Assembly (NCBI RefSeq): GCF_009914755.1
Contig: NC_060927.1
DNA length: 64,000 nucleotides
Origin: the human T2T-CHM13v2.0 reference genome, Homo sapiens
Direction: 5' to 3' (one strand)
Shown here piece by piece: positions 38,128-51,555 of this stretch. The position numbers and the translations under genes are program-made. Position 1 is the stretch's first letter. Each line of letters starts with the position of its first letter. The notes beneath the pieces were generated by a model that was not told where the DNA came from, ran no database searches, and worked only from the letters and a program-made list of their open reading frames with translations.

Positions 38128-38939
38128 CTTTAAAGCACTCTTTAGTAAAACACAGGGAAAAGTTGAATTGATTTGTGTTCCAGAAGCTGGAAGTAATTAA
38201 TTTCCCTTCAAATAGGTCCCCTTTTCCCTAGGAGATTTGCAGATTTGCACTGAACTATGGCCAAAATAAGAACCTTTTAAACCTTTATTTTAAAGGCAAA
38301 AACCTGTTTAACATCTGCATTCAGGAAGCTGTGTGGTCCAGTAGCTCAGAAATAGGCCCAGGAGAAACAGCATTCAGCCCCTAATCCTCACCACTACCAC
38401 CTTCACCATGACCTTGGGAAATCTTTTCATGTGTATGTTTCCATATTTTCTCATTTGCAAAACTTGGCTAATCCTGCAGAATGGCCACAGGATGTGTGTA
38501 TGGTCAGATGCAGCTTTAAAATCACTCCTGCTGCCCATCTCCCAAATTGTTCTGATTTGCTTACTAAATTTTGACATTTGCGCAAAATGCATACTTTGTA
38601 AGTCTTGGAAGTTGGTAATATTCAAACTATAGTCTTCTATCTCTCTCCCTCTTTTAATAGTACCAACTGCTTCCTCTTCTATTCACACATAGTTTAAGTT
38701 TAATGCACCCCAGAGCTGCAGAGAAATCAGCAAGAGGGCGGAAATGATTTTTTAAAAGCTGTGGCACGAAGATTGGCCTTGCAGGATTAGCCTTTTTCTT
38801 GGCCCTCTAGTGGAAAAGTCCACCTATACTTGAGGGTGGAGGTCATGCAGACAAAAAGCCTTCAGTAGGCAAGAGTAGAATGGAATAGCTGGGTGTTAGG
38901 GCCATCCTCTGCAGAAGATGAGACAGACGCATTCTCCAG

Positions 38940-39094
38940 CAGCAGTCCTTAAATGTTGGTGTGTATCAGAATCACCTGGGGATCTAGTGGAGCCCACAGT
39001 GACTCAGGCCTTTGAAGTAGTATAGGGCACAGTCCCTGTGTTTTTGCAGCTTCCCCTAGTGATTCTGACACTGACCAAAGTGTGAGAACCACTG
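38940..39094. mobile_element. MER5B-like
   Basis: atcagaatcacctgggg...gtgattctga...aaagtgtgagaaccactg. Confidence 0.7.
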
Positions 39095-40509
39095 TCCTAG
39101 AGTGTTCCGCTTTCCCTTGGTGTTTTTCAGTTAGTGTCTTCCCAACCACATTTCTAAGCCCACCCAAAGCTGAAAAGCTTTCTTTTTCTGGTGTGCAAAA
39201 TACTAGTTGTATATGTTAATTTTCAAGCCACTCTTAATGTCAGTGGAGGTGTTTTTTATGAAACCAGGAGGGGCCAACCCTTGCAGAACTGCAGAGTGGA
39301 AATAAAAGAGGTTCAGAATCCTCATTATCTCAACTTGTCCTCCTTCACCCTAGGAAGAGTGAGAGGGTTGGGGAGAGAGGTGTTGCTAGCTGCTGGCCTG
39401 GTATATCTTACCTGGCACCTCTGCTAGGGGCTTTAAGACAGTGTTGTCCCACCTTTGTCACAGCGGGCCAGGAATCTTTTGCAACTCTGGATTGTGATGC
39501 AGAGGATGAGGAGCACGTTGCCTTGAGCATTAAAGCTATGGTGGGTGGGGGATGCTGGAGGCATCAGCCCCCATTTCCTCTGGATGATTGCCCTAGTATA
39601 TACAGGCAATAGGCTTATACATCTTTTCTTCACTAGCACTCAGCATACTGCCCAGAATACAGTAGGTGCTTAATGAATGCTTGTCTAAAAAGATGGAAAA
39701 TCGGGTAGCAGAGAAGAACCAAAAGATGCCAGAAAATAGAAAGAAAAAAACATTGAAGGTGAAAATGAGGTGTTTGTATTAATAAATATTAAGAGGAATG
39801 AATTAAAGGGCTGAAAAAGCCCAAGAAAGGAGATGCAGGAAAGGCTGGGAGTCCTGAATGAGGTTTGTGTGGAGTGGCGGGGAGGAGGAGAGAGCCCCTG
39901 AAACAGCCAGATAAGAAGGAAAAATAGCAGGAGGGAAGGAAATAAGAGCAGTGATGGAGGGACAGAGGAAAGCAGTAAAGAGCCAGGAAGATGGCGAGAG
40001 GGAGAGCTGGCAGAAAGGACAGATCCTCCAACCAGCCAGCAGGTTTGGTCTTATTCCTTACTGGGAACAGACAGAATGACTGCGTTTGACGAGGAGTGAC
40101 TCAGGCTCAAGACAGGCAGAACTGGAGGATAAAGCCAGATGGGTACAAGTGAAGTGGGTCACTGTCAAGAATCATCACGTTTTCTGGAATTCGATGTTTT
40201 CAAATTGCATAATCCTCCTTGTTCTCAATTATCCTCCACAAGAGTGTGGAGTCCCTCCCACGTTACAAGTCCATCTCAGTTAAGCCCCAGACATGCACTT
40301 CTAACACCACGGAGGGCTTCTTGGCAGCCTTCCCTGCCCGCCCTCTCCACATCCTGCCCTTCCCCTGCAGAGGGACAACTGGCTCTCCAGGCATTTCCCT
40401 TCCGGACTTCCAGTGTGACACACACGCTCTGGCTGCTTTCCTGTCCCCAAAGACTCTTACTCCTCCAGGGCCACTGCCAGCCTAGTCACAGCCTTTGTAC
40501 AAATTAGAG

Positions 40510-40960
40510 AGGCCCACCTGGATCATGGGCAGATGAGAACAAGGCACAGTCTGAGACTCAAAGAAGTAGCTGTGTGTTTGTGTTGGGGCTGGGGAGGGGT
40601 GTGTAGAGGAGTGTTCAGGGAAAGTTTCAAATAGAAAGTGATATCTGAACTGAGTTTCCAAAGGGGAACAAATGTTTTTCCTGTTCCAGGTGGGTTTTTT
40701 TCTTTTTCTTTTCTTTTTTTTTTTTTGAGGGAAGGAGGGAAGGAGGCAAGGCCTCTTGGGGGCTGGAACAGCATGTGCAAAGGAGCAGAGGTGTGAAACA
40801 GCATGCTATCCAATATTGCTGGTGTGTTCTTGCATGAGAGGCAGCAAGAGGAGGACTAAGTGATGAGAATGAGGTTAGACTAGGTAGGAAGGGCCAGGTG
40901 TCTGGTTTTAAGCAAGGGAAAGACACAGTGAGACTTGCATTTGAGGATGATTACTTTGGA
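40510..40960 (-). mobile_element. L2 fragment
   Basis: aacagcatgtgcaaagg...gaggtgtgaaacagcatg. Confidence 0.6.
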
Positions 40961-42659
40961 AAGATATTATTTGCTTTTTACATATGAGCATACTAAACCT
41001 CAGAGAGGTATTTATAAGTGACCTGCTTCATGTGACACACTTAATAGCGGAACTAGAACTTGACTCCACCTTGTGCTAAACCAGGGTCTCCTTACCTACA
41101 CTTCAGGTCTGGATGACCTCTGAGATTTCCCTTGCAAAACTTGCCAGGCCCATTTGACTCCTCCCAAAAGCCAAAAAAGACTTAGATTCAGGCCGGCAGA
41201 GGCACTGCCCTTGGTCCCCTAAAAAGATGACTTAAAACATCTGTTTTCTCCATTTCTTAACAGAGGAACTTTATTCATTCCAGGTTAGTCTTTAGAAAGC
41301 AAAACCAAAATACTCCACTGGACATTTACTGGCACAGATTTCCAGAAAACATATATATACTGAATGGGGGAAAGAGGATGAAGAGGTCTCTTAGACCTTT
41401 GTGGGAAGATGGCAACTAGAGTCACTTCTTAGTCACCCACTGGAATGGTGGATAAGTCAAATTGTATCCATTGTTTTGGGTCTCTTCCTGCCACATAACT
41501 TCATAATAGGTCTGCTTATGATAAAAATGCAATTATTTCAGTATTTCTCCTTTTTCTGCCTCTCATACATAGGTGAGATTTCTCCTAGATAGATGGCCTC
41601 AGGGAGAAGAGAGGTGAAAAGAGCCATTAAAATCCAAACTCTGGTTGTCTGAGCCATCCAAGAAACACCCACGTTAATGGCTGTGCCTAGGAGGCGCATA
41701 TGTTTGACTCCAGAAGCAACAAACATTCTGGTTAGACATGGGATGTATTCCCCTGTTAAGACAAGGAACTGAGAGAGGAATCCAAAGCCTCTTGTTAAGT
41801 TTGAGTTTTACAAGAGAGGCACTTTGGAATAAGAGGGGATGTTATTGCCTTGTTCAGACATGGCTTCATCTTGGCAGCATTCAGGCCTTGGGTTAAGAAC
41901 TTGGTTTCGAGTTGACAGACTTGATAAAAGTCCAGCCATGGCTGGCTCATAAACGAGACACCCAAGATCTATCTTCAGAAAAGCCAATATATTTCTATTA
42001 TCACTGCTGATAAGGCTGATTCTCTTTGAAGTTTAATAATGACTCTTCCAAAAATGTTCCCTCAGACATTCAAAATCCATCTTGTATTAGTTTTTCTAAA
42101 GGCTGGTTTAACACCCTCCCATTTCCTATTACGACTTAAGTCCAGTGGTATTAAATGCTTCAGTCTTGACACATGGCTCTGTTTACCTGCAAGCCCAGGT
42201 GATGAGCACCACCACCCTTAGGGCTCAGCACCCCTATACACTTTTCTGCAGCCTAGCTCCTCCTGCTGGTGTTTATAACTCAGGGTCAACAATTAATTTG
42301 GGTCTATGAATAATAACTCTGGAGAGTACTTTTATATTCTGATATCTGAACGTGAACCAGATATCAACATTATTATTAATTTCTGGGATTGAGAAAATGA
42401 TTCCCTTCCATCTACTAAGGGAGTGATAAGGCAAAATCACAACTTCTATATCAATATCTGTTTGCTCAAGAATCTTAAATGCCAACTGATATGGGGCATC
42501 TGGGTAGGCTGAGAAAGGGAGGGTTGAGGGCAACTTTTCGAGAAGCTGTATTAAGCATTTCTTCGTTATGTTCTAGCAGGTGACTCGTGTTCCCTCCTCT
42601 TAACCCCCTCACTGAATCGCAGTCACTTGGTTAGATCAGCTGCTGCTGATGGGAATGGA

Positions 42660-42850
42660 CATGCTGAGTGCTAAGCCCTTGATGTTCGCTACCACATTCA
42701 TTCTCCTTGACAGTGATAGAAGGTAGATGATACCGTTTCATAGCTGAGGAACAGGCACAGAGAAGGAAATGTCCCAGAGTCACACAGTTCATAAGTGGTG
42801 GCAACTAGGACTTGAGGATTTGAACTAGGTCTCTCTGACCTTAAAGTCCC
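42660..42850 (-). mobile_element. MIR
   Basis: tgaggaacaggcacagaga...gtcacacag...ggatttgaactaggtctctctgac. Confidence 0.7.
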
Positions 42851-43679
42851 AAAGGCAATATTGTTGCTTTGTTAAAAATTCACAACCACTGGGGTTTCAA
42901 CGTCTTTATACAGGGATGCTGTGCTGGAAGTGAGTTGACAGGAAGAGAGAGTCTACAGAAGAGGCTGCCTATGAAAACACAAATACTATCATGTGGAATG
43001 GTCTCAAGGAAGTCTTTTGGCAGATTTGACAGATCTGTTTAATGAAGATCAATTCTATTTAAAGCCCCTCACCAAAACTAACTGCCCATCACCTCATTAA
43101 AAAAGAAATGACTGAAGATAACAAGGGGTGTGTCTTTGGCCAGAAGTGGGCTGGCTGGAAACACGGCTTGAGTTACAGAACTGTCTCCTCAGCTTCTTTC
43201 CTGGCTTGTCTCAATTTCTCAGCTGTCAAGTGATGGAAAAGAATGCTTGCTATTCATCAAATTTGTATTTATTTGCCAATGGACAAAACGGTCTAACAAT
43301 TTCCTTGCGGGATATTCTAATTGACAGTTTAAGCAGATTATGAACATTTGATTTTTTCCCCCTTGTATGACCTGAAAAATCATAAAAATGGAATTTCTTT
43401 AAAAAAAAAACCCTCTAAAATGTGAGACTGACAAATATGAACATTATTCTCCTTATCGTTCTAATCTAACCTTTCTTCCTGGACTGGTACAATGCTAATG
43501 CACCATCAGGGAGGCAGTGGGGAACATAATGGGGGCACTGGACAGGAAAGCAGAGGTTTGTTGGCAGAAGGTTGAGGCCTCCCCAGAGGACCTGGCCCTT
43601 TCTGCCCTTATTCTCAAATCCACACACCTTCCTGCCACCACAGGCTCGCCTCATAGAAAGCACTGAAAGCCAGGGCAGA

Positions 43680-43840
43680 TGCCTGTACTGTGAACCTGTC
43701 TGCTTTCAGTTTTCCACCTACTGTCTCAACCAAAGGTAACATTTGAATCTATCCTCTAGAACTGCTGGGAGAATTAAATGAGATAATGCATGCAAAGTGT
43801 TAAGTACTGTGCCTGGCATGTAGTAAGCACTTGAGTTTAT
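43680..43840 (+). mobile_element. MIR
   Basis: gaattaaatgagataatgcatgcaaagtg...gtgcctggcatgtagtaagcact. Confidence 0.75.
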
Positions 43841-43859
43841 TCTTATATCTTTAAAAACA

Positions 43860-44730
43860 TGTCTTGCCTGTAAGCTCCATGAAGGCTAGGACAATGTTCT
43901 TTTTGATGAATCACCAGGGCCTGGCACAGTGATAGGTACATGACACAAGCTCAATAAATGCCTGTTAAACAAATACATAAAACCTGACCCAGGTCAGCAG
44001 CACCTCCTGCTTGGAATCCTGCCATCACCTGATCTCCCCGCTTGCCCTCTTGTCCCTCAACACATTCTCCACATTTCAGTCAGAGTGATGGTTCTAAAAA
44101 ATAGATATGCCTATGGCTTCCTTAGCAGAAAATGCAACTCTAGAATATGGCAAACTCACTCCTACACTCTCTGGTATTTTCTCTTCTCAGCCCTGTCTTT
44201 CCCTGTTCTAGGCTTTTCTCAAACATGCTTTTCTCTTCTTTCTTTCCTCCTGGCCTGTACACATGCTATTTCCTTACTGTAGTTTGTATATGCATCCTTC
44301 AGGTCTCAGTGAAAATCTCACTTTCTCAGGGAGGTCCTCCCCACTCTCTGTCCGAGACACATTGCTCTGTTTTTCTCTCTGTGTCCTTGTCTATGAAACT
44401 TATGGTGCCATAGTTTGTCTGTTCTTTCTAATAGAGGGTTAGCTCAGTGATTGCCTGGTTTAGGCTCTGCAGAGAAGATGATGTACAACTCATCCCAATA
44501 CTGTATTCGGTGCCTCTATGTTGGCAGATTGATATTAGCTATGGGGGCAATGTTTATACCATGGAAACTGGCATATGCTACAAAGCAGTTCTTACTTTTT
44601 CTCCAAATAGATGGTTGTTAAACACTTACCAGCACACCACTGGTTAATCCCATGAGAGCAGGAGGTATCTCTAATCTGTCCCACAGTGACTGGCTTATAA
44701 TAGACCTCTGTAAATATTTATGGATTTAAA
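43860..44730 (+). mobile_element. L2 fragments interrupted by MER63
   Basis: tgtaagctccatgaagg...ctcaataaatg; catccttcaggtctcag...ctcagggaggtc. Confidence 0.6.
44445..44643 (+). mobile_element. MER63A-like (hAT-Blackjack)
   Basis: tttataccatggaaactggcatatgctacaaa...ggttgttaaacacttaccagcacaccactgg. Confidence 0.8.
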
Positions 44731-45207
44731 CAGAAATTGACATGGCCATACTGAATTCTGCACATATGATCTCTTGACAATGATCTTAATGCAATTCTTA
44801 TTTTTCAAATGAGTACATTTAGGCTCGCAAAGTGTAGTAACTTGCCTAGGTCACAGAGTAAGCTGTAGATGCCTTGAGCCTGCAGGCTGGGTCTTTGCCT
44901 CTGCCTATTGCTTTCTGCTGTTGTCTGTCTGCACCCACATTTTCTCTAGCCTGGCTTCGGTCTCTGAATAGGCCCTGCAGCCTTTCTGTTCCCAGGCTGA
45001 CTGGTCCCTCTGGCCTCTGTTTCCTGGTCCTCAGCCTTGCAATGATAGCCAGTTGGCTGCTTACCCACTTTCTTCCTGGATCAAGGTCTCCAGCCTGACC
45101 TCTGGGTGAGCCCTGCCTTTAAGGACCTACATGCAACCCACTAGATACAGGACATGGAAAACAGATAAGACTAAGAAGCCTCCAGCCCCATGCCTGTGAC
45201 TCAGCAG

Positions 45208-45319
45208 TAGGCTAACCAAATCAACCCAGTTTGCTAGGAACTTTCCTGACTTTACCACTGAAAGGGGATTCCCAGGATTCTCTACAATCCTGGAAAAACC
45301 TGGATGGTTGATCACTCTA
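45208..45319 (+). mobile_element. MER81 (hAT-Blackjack MITE)
   Basis: About 112 bp; TIRs taggctaaccaa / ttgatcactcta; internal ccagtttgc...ttaccactgaaag. Confidence 0.75.
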
Positions 45320-45564
45320 CTTTGCCATGTGACCCATGAGCACACAGGCATGAGGCCATCAGAAGAAGGGAAATCCCAAAGGGGTTTTGAAACCACAGCA
45401 TCCACTTAACCACTATGGTAGCTGAGCAGTGTGTCTGCCTCCACCTTCACCCTGACCACTGATTCTGTTTCTGTATCTCCATTTTGGTGAGTGGCTGGGA
45501 CCAAGAATGAGCAATTTAACTTTCTAGGCCTCTATTGACACGTATATAAAATGGAGATGAGAAT

Positions 45565-46037
<473 letters not shown>

Positions 46038-48629
46038 GTGATAATAATACCCATAATTGAGTTCTGGGGGTTAAATGGCCAAATCATCAATAGCACTGAG
46101 CACAGTGCCTGGCCCAGGGTAAACGTTCAGTATACTGGTGGTGGGGATTATTTCTGAGGTTTGGCCTGGCTTCCCCTGGCTTGCTTGGCCTCTTCCAGAA
46201 AGACACCTGAATTTTTACTTTGACACTGAAGTGTATCTGGTGATCTTTTGTAAGTCACTTCAGCTTCTCTTAGGCTCAGTTTTCCCCCCATAAAACATGG
46301 AGATTGCAGGAAATCTCTAAAGAGCTTACCAGCTCTAAGTCTATTTCAGCCAACTCCGTGACATTTATACACATGAGCAAGGTCTTCATGTTCTTTTCAA
46401 AGCAGCTTCTTCCTCCCTAGGCTTGCTAAGATTCTATTTGGACCTCAAGTTCCATTCATATCAAAGAGTCTCTACTTCCAACCCTAAATACATAAATCAA
46501 GGATTCTTAGATTATTTCTAAAGTTCCTCTAATTCAAAGGTAAACCCTCCTTACACATGAACAGTCTGAGGCTTGGGAAGGTGGAATGACTTGCCTAGGG
46601 TCATATAATGGGATAGGCAGATGGTAGGAATCAAAGCCAGGTCCTCCACAGTATTACATTATTTCTTTCTTGGCTAAGGAAACACCACAGCGTACCTTTA
46701 TGATTGTGCTTTGCAATTATTCTTTGAGTAATTTATCATAAAAATAAACAGAAAAGCAAAAAAAAAAAAAAAAGGTTCATTTGGGGTCACCAGATGATTT
46801 TTTTCCAAGTATGTCTCCATTTTTCTCAAACCCTGGACACCTGACTCAGGCTTGGTTTCATGATTTCTCAGTAGTTTTTATTTAGCAAGGATAAGGGTTT
46901 CCTCTCTTCCTAGTTGAGTGTAGGATTTCCAGACCCTTTCTTCTCATGTTTCTGTACTCTAGGGTGAATTCGCAGATGTTCCTTTAAAGGGGCATTTTCT
47001 TAACCTTTTGTTTCCCTGTATCTCAAGTGGTCTTGTGGGGATATCTAGTCATTCCCTTAAAAGAAAAGGTTGGAAAGAAGGAAGAAATGTTCTCAGCAAT
47101 TCCCTGGGTCTGGTCCACGTGAATTCCCACTAGGTCTCTCCATGGGGCATCTGGTTATGTGCCTGGTGGTTGGAAATTTTGAGCTTTTCCCAAGGGTGAG
47201 AGTGAGAGGGAAAAAAAAAGTCTCTGTCCCATGAAATCCTGTTGCTTCCTAAAAACCACCCTCGTCTATGTTGCTGTTTTCACTCATGGAGCTCTGACTG
47301 GGCAATGGATCTGGCTCACTTTTTAAGTGATTTATTTTTTAATTTAAGTTTGCACTTTTCACATGAACTGGCTCAGGACCAGCCAAAACATGTGTTGCTT
47401 ACTTGGGAGTAAGACTGTGATTTTATAATTTTTAGGCTTGCTCTTAGTTTAAGCCAGCCTTCTCCTGCTGCAGTGCTGCTGAACTGACAGAGGCTGTAGA
47501 GTCAACTGGAAAGGATTTTTTGGGGCTCCCCTCATCATTCATTGGCATCTAGAGCAACATGCCATTTTCTCCATTTTCAAGCAGCTACAAAGGAAGACTA
47601 AAGGCTCACATTTGAAAGGACTACGATTTTCCAACTAGTTTGAGCCTGCCTGCAAGTGAGCTTTGTAAACTAAGAACAGTTTCCAGTGCACACTTTCTTC
47701 CTTCTCCATAAGGCTGGGTAATAATCTCCTTTCTAGAAGAAAGTCACGTAAATCTGGGGCTGCTATGAATTTTCAACTGGTGTCAGACCAACATGAGAGC
47801 TAAAGTGCACAAAGCGAAATGCAGGCGTGGTGTGGCCTTTACAAAACAAAACCAGAAAGTCTTCTATCAAAAAAAAAAAAAAAAGCCCGAATTTAGAATC
47901 TAAGTTTGTACGAATTTTAGAAATGGAGACTTTCTGCTTCCTGCCCACTTTCCTACACAAGAGAGGCACTCTACTTGTAGAACTTTTGAACAATCATTGA
48001 ATAGGATGTGTAGGTAGATGGAGCATACACTAGAAGGACTAAGAAAATATCCTGTGTGTGCAGAGAGGGCAGTGATGAGAACTGCCGTAACCAGAAAAGA
48101 TTATGTTTATGGGGCCTCTCCCATGCTCATGAGATTATATTAACACTAATAAGCACAGGTGGTCATAATTTTTGTGAACAGAGAATCAGAAGGAAAATTT
48201 AAGTTCTAGAAAGATATTCTGGGTCTAAAATCATTCATAGCTAAGAGTCAAACTGGATTGTTTATTTGGGAGGATGTCTGAAGTCCTCAGGCCTCTCATT
48301 TTGGAGGTCAGGAAGTAGGCGCCCAGAAAGGTCAAGTTACCCAAGGTTGCAAAAGGGAAGAACTCTGTAAACAACTTGATTTCCAGGGAACCTTTCCCAT
48401 CCACGTCAACCAAGACTAAAACTGGCTTCTCAGCCCACACAGTCAATGGGAGATAGTGGTCTTTTCTTTAAAAGCAAGTCCATTGTGTATCAGTTGGCCC
48501 TTGCTCAATGGCTCTTGACTTGTCTACCACGACCAGGACTCCTCTTAGCTGCCCAGCATCTCTCTATTGGGTAAGAGTGTTTATACTTTAGCAATAAAGG
48601 AAGGATTTGTATAGGATTTCACAGTTGGC

Positions 48630-48790
48630 CAGACTTTTCATACACATCATTCTCATGTGTCCCAAACATCTGTTTTGTGAGGTATGTGGTTCCCATTTTA
48701 ACAGATAAGGAATGACTTAAGGGCATACAATTAAGTGGCAGATGTGGGGCCTGAACCCAGCATTCTTATTCCAATTCAAAATTCTTTTTG
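48630..48790 (-). mobile_element. MIR
   Basis: cccattttaacagataaggaa...aagtggcaga...tgaacccag. Confidence 0.65.
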
Positions 48791-51369
48791 CAACATGATA
48801 ATGCAAGTTGTCCAGGACATGAGAAATTCTTCTCTAGGAGCCAGGTAAAAGCAGCTTTCCTTCCTGGGCAGGTTGGGTGCTTCTACTCTAAGTAACTACA
48901 CTTTTTATCTTACAGAACAAAACAGCAGTAATGGGGAGAATTAGGACCAGGTACAGTTGTATTAGAAGCAGGTGATATGTCAGGTCTCATTACATAAAAT
49001 AACAATATTGTGAAAACGTCTCTCCTCTCTGTAAGGGCATGTTTTCTCAAGATGCACATCTAATTATGGTGACAAGGGCGGGGAGAAGAACTATGTTCTG
49101 AATGTTCTTTTGTCTCTGTGTGTGATTCTCACATACTTTGCTCTCATGTGTACTGAAATCAACCTGAGCATTATGAGAATGAAAAGTGAGGACTGTTATT
49201 CCATATTTTAGTTTCTCTGAGAACTTCCTAAGGTCAGCCTTAGAAAATATTTTGAAAATCCATTACACTTCCCTATCCAATGGGGAAAAGATTAAATGGG
49301 TTAGATTTTTGTGAGATAGAAACATTCTATTTGTCTATTAGACAGAGAAACAAAGCATTAAGCTCAGATTTTTATGGAGAACAAAACCTGGATGCTGAGA
49401 ATTTTGTCTGTTACATCTTTTTTAAGTTACAGGGATTCAAAACACTGCAGGAAAATAATCAGTTGCCCTCTCACACTGTCAGAGGATATGGCATAACCTA
49501 CTTCTGTCATTTACTGAACAAGAACTGGTGTGTGAGGTGGAAGGTTAAAAATGTATTGCCACAAGGCTCAATCCAATAGCAAGTCAAAAGGAGTAGGAAT
49601 AAACTTTGGTGGAAAAACAAGTGGTTTTTAAATGGTTGACCCTCAATTGCAATGTCACAAAAGCACCTCTACCAAAGGTCTGGCCTTGCTATTAATGCAA
49701 GCATGAGCACTTATATGGAAAGAGCTTGGTCTGCTCAAACATTAATCTTTGACTATCTCTGAACCTGTCCCAGAGGAGAGAAGGAGGTGAGCTGCTTGAT
49801 GACATACGCCAGAGCAGTGGGCATGGCCCTTCCAAGTGGGACACTGGCTTACCAGGCCAGAGGGTGAGATGGGATCCAGTGAAGCCATCTGTTCCATCAT
49901 CCTGCTTTTCTTTCTAGTAGCTGAAAACTTACCCTGCTTTACACAGCTGACAGAGAAGTAATTTTCTACACCTTCCTTCAGGCAACTCTCTCCTAGGGTA
50001 GCATCCCCAGCCTTCTCATTTTCAAAGCTGAGTCCCTCATGTCACAGTGTTTGGCCACCACCTGTTCATCCTTCAGCACAGCTGATCACTATTTTCTAAT
50101 CATGTCAGTCATTTGAGGACCGAAGTCATCCCCAGGTTTTGTCTCTTATACCTCTGACCATTGCTTAGGCCAAGATGGCATACCAGCTCTAACCCTCGCT
50201 TTACGTCGCCAATGTAAATTTCCCAATCTTCCATCCCCAAGAACATACTCTTCTTTAGATAGACACTTTCTCTCCTTTCAAATATCCTCCTTCAGGTCAC
50301 TCTTTGGGCAAGAAAGCTAACTAATTCCTCCTAGGAGACCTTGAAGCTATAATATTACACGAGAACAGAACATAGGCTGAGGAAGTTAAAAAAAACTCAA
50401 CAAAAGTACCTATAATTAATTTATCTTTACTGTGGAAAACAAGTACCATGCCAGGGACTCCCACTCATACCATCAAATTAACCCTCATGGAGTCCTTCAA
50501 GGTAGGTTTGGCTGTGGCCACTTCCGTGGTTGTTGTAGAGCCTGAGTCTGCTGTGGGTGGAGGAACTGCAGTTCAGTGTCTTGCAGATTCTAAAGCTGTG
50601 CTCAGACACATAGGCACTCACAGAGGGCAGGGACCCGGTGATGGGAAGAGTTGCATGCTGCAGATTAAATCATGTCCCTGCCTTATTTTACTTTATTTTT
50701 TATTCTTCTATAGCCATAGGAACATAGCTCTACAGGTAATTCACAAAACATACCCAGGACCAGCCAGTTTTGGGACTGGCAGAGTCATCTAAGTTACAGC
50801 CCTGCTCTTTCCTGGCAGCCACAATGGCCAGAAACAACTCCTTACCCCACCCAATCCCATCACCTCCTGACAGCCTTTTTGGTCATAAGATTTCTTTATG
50901 ATCCCTTGCCAGAATATCAACAGTTCTATTTGCTCCCTGAATCCTCCCTAAATATTCCAAGTCTTATTTCCATTCTGCATATAGAAATACCATGTCCCGA
51001 GAGCGGTGGAGGACTGAAAGTTCACAATCTTTTGACCTCTTGGCTTTGGAAAACACTCAGGTCTCCCTGCTTCCACCATTCTGGCTAGAGGCCAGGCAGC
51101 ATCTTCCTCTCTGCCTAGATGCTGCTGGGGAATGGCCCTGGTTGGGGTGACGGCTTTGCAAATGGGCCTGCCACTCATTGGAAGCACAGAGCAGGGAGGC
51201 TGACGGGGAGTATATTTCACCTCAATTTCACAATGGGCAGAACTCATTTCTAGGAAGTGATCAGGCCAGGTGCAGGCATGGCTGCCCATGCCCCCCATAG
51301 CTGCCTCTCTGTGGGACTGCGGATGTGAGGGCATGGGCGGGGTGGAGAGGGAGTTCAGCAACCCTCCTC

Positions 51370-51555
51370 TGGGCTCCCACTGTGCCTGTGCCCACCTGCA
51401 TCCTACTTAACTCTCTGTATTGTGATTTTAAGCCTCTGTCTCCCCCATTGGACTGTGGGATCCATGAGAATAGGGTCTACATTTTCTCTTTTCCATCTCT
51501 AGCAGATGGCACTTTGCTAGCACATTACTAACTGTTCAGTAAATGTGTATTGGAC
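51370..51555 (+). mobile_element. L2 3' end
   Basis: ctgtctcccccattggactgtgggatccatgagaatagggtct...ttcagtaaatg. Confidence 0.65.

Noticed and set aside
50448-51361. 114-aa and 137-aa ORFs in a mostly unique region
   Set aside because: No recognisable domain, promoter or exon structure. A non-coding transcript cannot be excluded from sequence alone.
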